64,000 bases of DNA from Leucoraja erinacea (taxonomy: Eukaryota), in NCBI RefSeq assembly GCF_028641065.1, contig NC_073414.1, positions 5,828,001 through 5,892,000 of the forward strand, read 5' to 3'. A model generated the notes under the pieces. That model did not search any database. It was not told the origin of the DNA and worked only from the letters and a program-made list of their open reading frames with translations. Position 1 is the stretch's first letter. Each line of letters begins with the position of its first letter. Both the position numbers and the translations under genes were made by a program. Positions 37,013 through 49,000 of this stretch are shown one piece after another.

Positions 37013-40000
37013 GTAAATAATCAGCTATAGATTTTTGGTGGAAAATTGTTATTGCATATAAGAGTCGGGTGTCATGATGCAGCTCTGTAAGATTTTGGTT
37101 AGGCTGCATTTGGAATATTGCCTGCTGTTCTGGGTACCCCATTACAGGAAGGATGTGGAGGCTTGTAGATGGAAGGCGCAGATACAATAATTGAGTTTGA
37201 GGCTTTTAGATAGGCACATGGATATGGATCACGTGCAGGCCGATGAGATTAGTTTATCTTGACATCAACTTCAGCACAGATCTTGAGGACCTTACGGCCT
37301 GTTTCTGTGCTGTACTGTTCAATGTTCCAAATGTGACCAATGGCCTTGCCCAATGAACTTGGTCACAATTGTATTCATCAAAGAGCAGTTAACTTTTAAT
37401 AATAATGTAAATCTTGGTGCTTGCTCTTGATTTTTTTCCCCACAAGCAGTAGCTCTACTCTACAACCAAAAGTCTAACCTCCTTTTGCTCTGGTTTTTTA
37501 TTTCATTCTTCACATGTGTAAATTATTAAGTTTTATTTGTAATTGTCTACTGTATATTGTGTTGTTACTTGCGAGCAAAGCACCAAGGCAAACTCCTTGT
37601 ATGAAAACATACTTGGCTAATAACATTTATTCAATTCAATGATTTAAACCATCTCCGTTGGCACATTCTTGTAGAATTTTATTCTGCTGAGACAATACAA
37701 ATTAAAGAATGCAGACTCCACTAGAGTCCCTTAAGGGCCTATCCCACTTGTACGACCTAATTGCCGACCTCTGCCGAGTTTGCCCTTGACTCGTACTCGC
37801 AGCATGGTCGCCATGAGGTCATGGGAGGTCTTCGTAACTCTTCATTATGCTCGTGAGTGGTCTCCGCGTACTCGTGTCCTCAAGTAGGTCAGTGTGATAT
37901 GTCTTGCTGCCGATGCAGTAATATCCGATGTGATTAAAGCATAAGCATCTTATAGTTCTGATTGCAGTTGTGTCAGTGCATCCACTGGATCTACACATCC
38001 AGTTGTTGATAAAATTATACTATTTGCCAAGCTAGTTTTGTAACTAGCATTCAGTGTAATAACAAATGCCTCCCTGGTATGACCACCAATTTTGCTAAAT
38101 TGTGTCCAACTCGTGCAACTTGAAAGTAGTTTTGCCATTGATTGTCCTATCAAGCTACACTACAACAAGTCAATGAGGCATCTTGCCAAAGCGTTTCAAT
38201 ATTTCAGGGCTATGCCCTGTTCTCTTATCTCCTGAAACCTCCCCACTTGCCCTTCCATTTGACATGCCTCAAATGTAAGTAGCTTGTGCTTAGCTTATGA
38301 AGATAAGTCAACCAGGGAAAGCATTTGCTGAGAGGCAACCACTTTCGTCACTTGCAGGTTTTTTTCACAAGTTCACAAAGTATGGTAGAATTAGGCCATT
38401 CGGCCCATCGAGTCTACTCTGCCATTCAATCCGAGCTCTGTCCAATTTTCCGGCCTTCTCCCCATAACCCTCGACACCTGTTCTAATCAAGAATTTGTCT
38501 ATCTCTGCCTTAAAAATATCCATTGACGTCCCCCACAGCCCTCTGTAGCAATGTGTTCCACAGATTAACTCCCCTCTGACTAAAGAAGGTCCTCCTCGCT
38601 TCCTTTCTGAAAGAGCGCCCTTTAATTCTGAGTGCCCTTTAATGACCCCTAGACTCTCCCACCAGTGGAAACATTAGATGTTCTTGGGTTTGTCAAAAGT
38701 TCTTTGTGTTTGTCCTTTGGGAATTTTTTGAGAATGGTCCTCGTGTATTGATTTTACTTGTTTTATTATGGAAACTACCTAATTGTATCAGAAATGGGGA
38801 AATTCCTGTCTGGAAAGTTGACTGGAATCCCAAGTGCATGAACGGTCCAGAGCAGTTTGTGATTCTTTCCAGCTTCTCCCTATGAAGCACTGAATGATTG
38901 TTCATTTTTTGCTCACAGGATGGTGTGAATAGCCGAAAGGCTAGGAAGCGATGTGAAAAGAAGTCTTTCCTCAATGTAGTAAAAATACACGATACCACAA
39001 ATAATAATGAGGAGTCTGAGCAGAAACTGAAGGCAATTATTCCCCTAAAGGATGGTGCAGGAAAAACCCAAGAATGTACAAATAACCAAGGACTTATGAA
39101 ACAAATGAGAAAAATTCCACCTGTAGAAAATGTACAAATAAAACAGTCATTCAGTTTTGAAGGTCAGTAATAGGAAGTCAATTACTTCACAGAATATTCT
39201 CCTATTGTGGTCCTAAATGCATTTATTTAAATTCCCAATCTGGTTATTGCAACTTATTTTCATACCGTGCAGGTTTCTCCACTCAAAGATTCTTCCTTGT
39301 TAGATCAACGTTTCATTCTTACTTGGCACCATGCTGTACCTTGCTTGAGCTATTATTTTTTCAAATGTTTTCTAATTTGTTGGCCACTGAGATTAATTAT
39401 TTCAACAGTGTATACCACCACCATCGTCCAAACCACCCAATCTAGTTTGTGTCCCCACTAGATTATTCTATTATTTCATCCTTGTCATATTTGACACTGT
39501 CTTACAAAACAACACCCTTTAAAAGATTAAATCAATTAAAGGCCGTATTCAAGCAGCATTAGCACGGAAATTTCTTGCCTGATTCTGCTCTTATGATCGT
39601 ATCCATTACAACCCAAAGGTTTCAGAAATGTTTCAGTATGTGAATCTATTACAGTTCGCTGGTTCATTACACAGAACAGCAGAGAGGCATGTAGATTGAA
39701 CTAGAACAGAATAATAGGACAAAACTTGGGGGGAAGAATAAATGTCCAGCATTCCAATGTGCAAATTGAGGAATGTTTTCTTGAATTTCCTGAGACACAG
39801 TGGTGACACAGTGGTGCTGCGGTAGAATTGCTGCCTAAAGGAGCTGTCCCACTTAAGCGATTTTTACTTGCCGGCACCCGTCACAGTCGCAGCAGGTCGC
39901 CGAAAATTTTCAAAATGTTGAAAATCCAGCAGCGACCAGAAAAAGGTACGACTCTTTGGGCGACTACTCACCACCAAACAGGCATCACCCCACAACATGT

Positions 40001-43000
40001 CTTCTTATAAAATCAAGCAATCTTTTAAATAAAAAACAAAGCTTCTACTTACCTCCAACAGATTCTCAGGACAGGATAGCGGAGATTGAAAATCTTGAAC
40101 AGAAACTACGGGATGAGCTGATATGGAATGGATCACATGAAATACTGCATCCAGTTCTACAAAAATGTTTGTACACTTTTTTGCTGTTTCCTACTTATGC
40201 ATGTTCCTTTTGTTAAATTTACATTTTAATCCTTTTAAGTTCAGCATTTGAGCAGGGGTTGACTTTAATTTCCTTAGTATTCAACTTAAACATTATATGA
40301 ACTGGTTTCTGCCTTTGGTATTTTACACTTCCAAATGTGGTTAGGTCAGTAATTGCCATTTAAACTTGCAGAGAAGATTAAAGGGAGACACGGTGGCACA
40401 GCTGTAGAGTCACTGCCTTGCACCGTCAGAGACCCGGGTTCCATCCTGAGTAGGGGGGGCTGTCTGCACAGAGTTTATATGTCTCCTGTGACCGCATAGG
40501 TTTTCTCCAAGTGCCCCGGTTTTCAAAAACGTACAGGTTTGTATGTTAATTGGCTTCGGTAAAAGTTGTAAATTGTCCCTGGCGTGTAGGATAGCGCTAG
40601 TGTCCGGGGATTGTTGGTCTGCGACAACTCGTGGACCGAAGGGCCTATTTCCGCGCTGTATCTCTGAACTAAACTAAACTAATTTTGTGCTGGTGAATTG
40701 GGGAGTCTTTTTTCTGAAGTTGGAGCTGAGTGGAAAGAACTTCACTTGGAGTGTGTCTGCGCTACAGCTGAAATGGTAATGCTTGTGTGGACACCAGATG
40801 CTAGAAACTGAAAATCAGGAAAAGAGTACAGATGCTGGAAATCTGGAATAAAACTCAGTAAATGTTGGAAACATCAATGGAAAGAGAAACAGTTAACTTT
40901 TCAGGTCCAAAATCCTTTATCAGAAATATATGAAGAATAACAGTGATCCCAATATCAACCCCTGGGGAACTTGATGATTCATTTCTTTCCAGTCCATAAA
41001 AAGCATTTCATTCTGTTTCCTTTTACTGAGCTGCTGCAAACCTTTTTATACCATGGTGTAAAATCTTGATGAAATGCCAAATATGTGCAATTAGCAATCG
41101 TTGACAATTGCATGTCATTAAAAGATTGATATACGCTTAAAAAAATCTGTGTTTAAAGGCCACATACTGTAAGGTAACAGAAAATAGGAGACTTGGAGAA
41201 TTCTGCTGTTCTTATAACACTGGCACAGCATCTTTCTTTGCCTGGCCTGACTTCCATGTTTCCTGAGACTATTTATACCCTCCGCCAAAAAGCCCAGGGT
41301 TAGCCCTCAAAAATGTGCAGATATTTACATCCTTGTGCCTCTCTGAGTGGCATGACTATAGTCAGGAGGTCAAAGTATATTGCTTGCTGGTGAGAACTGC
41401 TGTTGTACCATACTATAATACCTTCCATTGATGCTTGAGTTACTAGGCCTAATCCATGGTCTTTTAAAATAAGTGAACTGATCCTAATTACTTAATTGAT
41501 CTCGCTTATTGTGCTTATGCTCGCGCTCTCATTTTCTCTAGCTGGCATAAAACTAAGTGGCCTTCAGATCACCGAATGGCTAAACTTGAAACATTTAGGA
41601 CATGCTTTGTATCATGGACACTCTGTTCCCAGTTCTGAGCAGAATGCTGAATTGAATTATTCCTCCTTTTCTGGAGCCGAGTCACATGGAATGCGAGGTA
41701 AGTAAAGCATTCAGTCTAAGTTTTAATACAAAGTGTTCTCTTGGATAATGTGGTTTGTGCAGCCAAGATTTTGGTGCCGTTAAAGGAAGGATTACAGATG
41801 GATAATGATCTCATTCTTGCATTGCCCATCTGAATTGAGCAGATTGGCTGCATTAATAATACTTCAGGCAATATCTGTGGAGTGAATAATCTGACCATGT
41901 AGGGTTCTAGACATGAAACATTAACCTCAGGAGCGACTTTCACCCAGAGAGTTGTGAGTCTGTAGAATTCTCTGCCACAGAAGATAGTGGAGGACAATTC
42001 ACTGGATGTTTTCAAGAGAGAGTTAGATTTAGCTCTTGGGGCTAACGGAATCAAGAGATATGATTTTGGATGATCAGCCATGATCATTTTGAATGGCGGT
42101 GCTGGCTCGAAAGGCTGAATAGCCTACTCCTACACCTATTTTCTATGTTTTTATCAGAGAGCTGAGACATCTGTGGAAGATTAGACTGTTAAATGATTAG
42201 TTTAGACTGTTATGTTTAAGAGGGAACTGCAGATGCTGGAAAATCAAAGGTAGACAAAAATACTGGAGAAACTCAGCGGGTGAAGCAGCATCTATGAAGC
42301 GAAGGAAATGGCAAAGTTTTGGGTCAAGACCCTTCTTCAGATTAGACTGTTAAATGATTAGAGTCCGTTGGAGTAGCACATGGGAAGTGGCAGGATGGCT
42401 GATATAGACTTCCAGCATTGCACGCCAGTACTTCTGCAGGGATGCATTGGTTCAGCCTGACCCCAGGGTGAATAACAGAGATACCAGGAACTGCTGATGA
42501 TGGTCTGCTCTCAAGTAAAAATAAAATAAAATACCAGAAAAGCTCAGCAGAATCGGCAGCAACTGTGGAAGGAGAAACATAAGTAATGTGTTAGTTTAAA
42601 TACCCTTTGCCTGAATAAACCCAATATTCTCCATTCAGCTGAATCCATTGGCACTGGTTTGGATGCATCTGCTGTAGATATTTTGAGGATAGGGGATCAA
42701 AAGAGGAAAATCAACTTTGAATATAAAGTTCTTTATGCCACTTGTGACTGGGCCTCAATTTAAATTGTGTTTCTCTTGACTCAGTCTTCCTTAAACTTTA
42801 ATCCTTTGAGGATTTCTGCAAACAAATGGTCCACAAATATACCTGCAAATCTTTTGTGTATTGGTCCTCAAAATCACAAACATCTAATCACTTGAAAACT
42901 TGTGAAGGAAAGAACTGCCGATGCAGTTTAAATCGAAGGTAGATGCAAAATGCTGGAGCAACTCAGCATCTCTGGAGAGGAATCGGTGACGTTTCGAGTC

Positions 43001-46000
43001 GAGACCCTTCTTCAGTCATAAGACATGTCTCGACTTGAAAACTTGTGCTAATTTTAACAACAGCTCATGGTCAGTCCTGCTTTGGTAAATGATATTGATA
43101 TTGGGAGGTATGTTAAAATATCAATACATAATGACATCAGAAAAGAGCATACATGCTGGGTTTGTGAGTTTCCGTTATATTTACATATCTTGTGAATTTA
43201 CTACTTGCAGAAACCGGAATTCCATTTATCTCCCGGACAGGAAAAACCAATGATCTCACCAAGATTAAGGGTTGGAAGAACAAATTTAATCTGCAGCCAG
43301 GGTCACCTGATGACAAACCAAACCCATTACCTTCAAGTAAGCAAGATTTAAAAAAAATATTTTGTGATTATTTTGTAAAAAGTCTGACAAGGCAAGTCGA
43401 TTGTCATGGATTGGTGTAAAAATAGAATATTTGGAATTTATGTGCTTTTGTAGTGGAATAGACAAATCAAATCTGTTCTGCCTTGATTTGAATTCAGATT
43501 GGTGAGCACAGAAGCAAAGAATGAATGAAAGCTGGCTTTAGTTGCGATTTGAACATTTTTTTTTGTTGACCTGGTTTAAAGTTAAAAGAATGAGAGAGCC
43601 GCCAGGAATTAATTGTCAAAGCAACAGGTGTGGTTGACACTTTCAACAAAAAATCTATTGAGACGGGGAAAGAGTCAAGCCAAATGTTATTTTGTAGAAC
43701 AAAGAGCATAGAACAGTGCAGCACCAGAACAGGCCCTCGAGCCAAAAATATATGTGCCAAGCATGATGCCTAGACCAACTCTTATCTGCCTGCTCATAAT
43801 CCATTCTGCTCTGGAAGATTAGATCGCATGGGATCCAAGGAGAGATAGCCGACTGGATAAAAAAAATTGTATCATGGCAGGAAGCCGAGGGTAATGGTGG
43901 AGGGTTACTTTTCGGACTGGAGGCCTGTGCCTAGTGGAGTGCCTTAGGGTTTAGTGCTAGACTCATTGTCACCTGTATCAATGATTTGGATGAGAACGTT
44001 CAAGGCATGATTAGTAAGTTTACAGATGACACTAAAGTGAAGGCCGAAGGACGTGTTTCCATGCTGTATGAATCCGAATCTATCCCTACATCCCTCCATT
44101 CCCTGCATATCCATATGCCTCTCAAATGTTTCTTAAGTGCCGCTGTCATATTTGTCTTAATTGCCATCCTGGCAAGGTCTGTGCTCCAAAGCTAATTTTC
44201 ATGATGATACCAACCTTGTGGACAGTCTAGATCTGTTGCGGACTGTTGGCTGGGAGGAGATTGTAGTTAGTAGTCATGCAGCAGAACTTGTGGAGCCCAA
44301 AGGCAGTGGTCCAGCATTCCCCAATGGATTATTCCTGCTTGTCGGGCTGTCTATGGTTGGTTAAATAGAGCCACAGAAGTATAGTTGACCTCACCCCAGC
44401 TTGATGACTGTGAAATATATAGAGGAGGATGTTTTTTTTCTTCTTTAAATCATATAAAAGACGAGGGTCATGAAGGTTCAGAGGGACAGTCCCTATTGTG
44501 GAGATAACTTGTACAGAAACTTAGAGCATGAATCTACTCATTCCTTTCCTTAAACTAAGCTTGAATAGATTTTGTATTGGTCTATTTCAATTTTGAATTG
44601 TGGAAATTGTATTTAATTCAATATTTAAAAAAATTGTCTTGTCTCTCAAATCGATACCTTCAGTTTCAGTTCAGTTTATTGTCACGTGTAAAGTTTATTG
44701 TCACATGTACCGTGAAAAGCTTTTGTTATTCATGCTTCTTTTTATACGGTTATTTATGATTCCTTTATGCTTGCTTTTAATAGGTGCCACCACTACAGTT
44801 ATTAAAAATAGATCAGCATTTGTTAGTGATCTGCTGGATGAATACCTGGAAAAAGAAGGGAAGATTATTGAACAGCAATCTCTGCTGTATGACTATGAGA
44901 TGCCTGAGATTGGTTGTCGTACTCCGAACCTCTTTGATTCACCATGTAGTATTCAACAAAACCCTACTACCCATTCACCTGACTTGGCTCTGCCACCAAA
45001 AAACAAATCTGCACATTTGGAAATGCCACCTGTGCTGGAGAAACACTTCAGCGTTACAAACAAAGGGATATTCATCAGAGATGTACAAAGCAACAGCGTG
45101 CGTGGGAAAAAAAGGCGTAAAAAGCATAACAGCAGTTCTGTGGGTAAAAGGTCAAAAATACCCAATCAAAATAAAAATGCGTCAAAACTATCGATTAAAG
45201 ATGACCCGACTCAATTTCATGTCACACCCTCACAAAAGGTGAGCAATTTAGTATCAACCTTTTTTCTGTTTTTTTATTAATTTTATACATTTTCTAGTGA
45301 TTTTATTTCCTTCCTTGCTCTGTATTTTCACCCTTGATGTGACATGAGCCAGGAGCGGGATGAAATGCTGCTCGCTTGCCTATGTGGAGGCTACTTTGAC
45401 AACACCCAAGCTCAGTAGCTTCCATGACAAAGCAGCCACCTGACTGGTAACCCACACAACATTAAACATACATTTGCTTCGCTGCTCATTGTGGCTACTG
45501 TCTTTATGGTCTAGAAAATGTTCTAAAGCAATTTGCCAGGGAGTCTTTCCAGAACTACGATTCTTGGAACTTTTCTTACTGTTTTTTCTTCTTTTTTTTA
45601 AAGAAACAAATGAAACCAAATCCAGCAAACCTTAACGTCGTGCATGTGTCATCAAGAACCAAAGGTGGAAAGAAATCTAGTATTTCAGAAAGTCAAAATG
45701 AAGCCACATACGTTCCAGGTGAGGATATTGAAAGAAATATCTTTGAGATGTGAGGAATCATGGAGACAATGTCTTAAATTAGAAATATTTTTTAATGCAT
45801 TTTTAAGTGAAAATCTTACATAATCATAAAATATGCAAAATAATTCTTGTTTATAGAATTCTCATCTTCTAAAACCCGGGCTACCAATTTTTTCAAGAAA
45901 AATATTGCATATACCCGAGTTGGAACTTAGCCTGAATTTTACTAATAAAGGGTGTAAAAATCCCACCTTTGGGTCCTGTCAGCATTTTACATGAACCATT

Positions 46001-49000
46001 GTTTAAATGCAAGTTTTGTCTGAGCAGTGTTCTGCAATTGATATTGAATGTTAATTTGTGTTTACATTGGAGTCAATCAGTTGAGAAACAGGCCCTTCAA
46101 CCTGTTCAGGCATGTTAAAGTTCTGCTTTAACATGCCTGAACTGACCAGCAAGTCTCTGCTATGTTTGACGATTCAACATACTTAAACATTACTCCACCA
46201 TCGTCTGGGCAGTGTTTTGCAGATTTCATCCACCTGGGTGAAAATAATCTTTCACAAAGGCCCTCTAAACTCGAACCCCTAACCTTAAACCTATACATTC
46301 TGCCATAGGACTATCTGCATTAAGGCACAACAAGCTCTCCTGGGTGTACGGAAAAAAATAAACTCCTAAGCTTTTCATACTGGTGATGCTTTCCATGACT
46401 GGGGAACAATATTTTTTAAATTAAAGTCCCCTTCCACTGTAACCCTTCCATCTCTGTGATTTACGCACATATCTGCCCCTCTTATCTCCTGCTGACATTT
46501 CTGAAGCATGCCATATACCACCGGTAAATTATCACTCAAGGTTTGTTGCTAAGTTATACCCCTTATGGGCTAATTTGTGGAGTCTTCGAAGATATCTTCC
46601 CCCAATACTTAATTTACTGACTCCTAAATAAGTTGTAATACCAACTCTTTTTACATTCTTCCCCCATTCATGCACAAAGATTTATACCCTGGAATGTTGA
46701 ATTACTAGTCCTGCCCTTCCTTCAACCATGACTCTCTAATAGAAACAATAAGCAGAAATGTTACCTTAATATTTCTGGTCCATAAAACTTTATATTGGTA
46801 GGCACATAAACTATAAGCTGAGAGCTGATTTAAAAAAAAAAAAGGCCCTTTTAAAAATAAACGAAGTTGTGAAATCTAACTCTTATGTCAATTTGCTTCT
46901 CGAATTTTGTGCATTTTCTGCTTCCATTCTGTCTCCTTTTCAGTTATAACCTTTTTAACATGTTTCATTGCTAATTTTGCTAAATAAATCTTTGCACTTG
47001 GTTAAATTTTGTATATATCTATAAATATATATGTGAATTATTCCCTTCTCAAGTTTAAATGTAACCCTGACACAATCACAAATGTTTAGCCAAAGGGGAC
47101 TGAAGCTGGTAAAACTCTGCTCTGGTTGCTGCTTTGCGATAAATGCTCTTTTATTTTTGACAGGGGGCAGTTATATCTTATTCTGTTTAATTCTTCATTC
47201 AATGTCCTTGATCTCTATGCTGGCTTCCTAACCCCTTGTATACTATTTTCATCAATTCTGGAAACAAATGATCTCAATAATCGTTGCTTCCGTCTATATT
47301 AAGGCATCAATTAGTTTTTGCTTGCGGATCAGGAGTCAGTAGCGCTATTCCATACCTTAAGACTACTGCATGAAGGCCCCAGTCCATGCAGATAGTTACC
47401 AAGTTTGTATCATTTGTTTTTGCATTGTGTATGAAATATTTTGTAATAGATAGGGCTAAGATAACATGTTAATTAATTTAATATTTTTATTGCTCTAATA
47501 CCGTTTCTTCTCCATTATCTGCTCACAAAAAACACTTTTGCATTGTTATTAACAATTTTCTTCCTCTTGCAGATGCTAAAAATGTAGAGCGAGAAGAAAG
47601 GTGTAAGCAGCTACCATTGACGCCAAACAAACCACCTGACTCTAAAACAGTTGAGATAATATCCTACTGTGCATGGAACGAAAGTCGTGTTAAGATAATT
47701 AAGCTGATCGCAGAATGTGCAATGGCTAAAAAGCTTCCCTGTACACAGCGGTTAGAGACAAATATGAAATTCACGTGGAAAAAAGGGAAGGGACTTTGTC
47801 GTTTTCCCCTAAGAAGCAGGTTGATTTGAGAGCATCCATCCAGAATTTCTCTGACTTGGAATGTGTATATGACAAGCCAATGGTGCAAACTATGGTGATT
47901 GAAGCTGTGGTTGGCAAATCTGCTTTTAAAACAAAACTGAATAATTTAATATCCAAGGTGAGAGCTTCACTTTTTATATATTCCTTCCTGCAGCAATCAG
48001 TGGGATCTCTGATTACCATGCCACCTAACAATGTGCAATGTTCAATTCAGTGACCTGGGTCAAAATTTGTTAAGACTATCCTAACTATAGGCCTTTTGAG
48101 CAAGGACTTTCTTGAGCGTTAGTGTTCTCTGGGGCTCATCATACATTTGATTAACAAGTTTTCAATTACTATATCTTCTGGCTAGCAAGCTGTGTGTCTT
48201 TCTTCAATGGATTTAGTTTAGTTTCTAGATACAGTGTGGAAACAGGCCCTTCGGCCCACTGAGTCCATGCCGACCAATGACCAACACTATCCTACGCACT
48301 CTAGGGGCAATTTACATTTATACCAAGCCAATTAACCTACAAACCTGTACGGCTTTGGAGTGTGGGAGGAAACCGAAGATCCGGGAGAAAACCCATGCGT
48401 TCACGGGCAGAACGTACAAACTCAGTACAGACAGCACCCGTAGTCAGGATCGAACTGGGTCCCTGACGCTGCAACTCTACCGCTGCACCCTGTGACACTG
48501 GTTCAATTTAGTTTGTGTAAATTACAAACTATAGCATTTTGTTCCGATGTCCCTTCATTAATAGGCTTCTGAACAGTCCTTTCATAAGCTACAGCTAGAT
48601 TCACCTCTACCCCATTGCAGAACATTGGACTTTGTCCATGGAACTGATGCGCGACAATGCTGAGAACTATATTCGGCACTCTGTATCCTCTCCTTTGTTC
48701 CATCTATTGTACTTGAGTTTGAATTGACTGTATCTATGTTTGGTATATCTAATCTGGATTACGTGCAAAACAAACCTTTTCACTTTACCTTGGTACATGT
48801 GACAATAACAAGTTTCAACCTCATTGGAGATTCAAATATATTCCAATACCACAGTAGAGCAGCGAGGTGTTCCTTCATTTAGTGAATGTGATAAGGTTCT
48901 GATTAGTTGCAAAATAATGCAATACAGATTTTGGAGAGGAAATTTGACAACAGCTAGTAGTATTGTGTTTAATTACGGAGATCCTGACTTGAGCATTGAA

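Noticed and set aside
47770-47790. Programmed -1 ribosomal frameshift at GG AAA AAA GGG
   Set aside because: There is no in-frame X XXY YYZ heptamer and no obvious downstream stimulatory structure. An indel is more likely.
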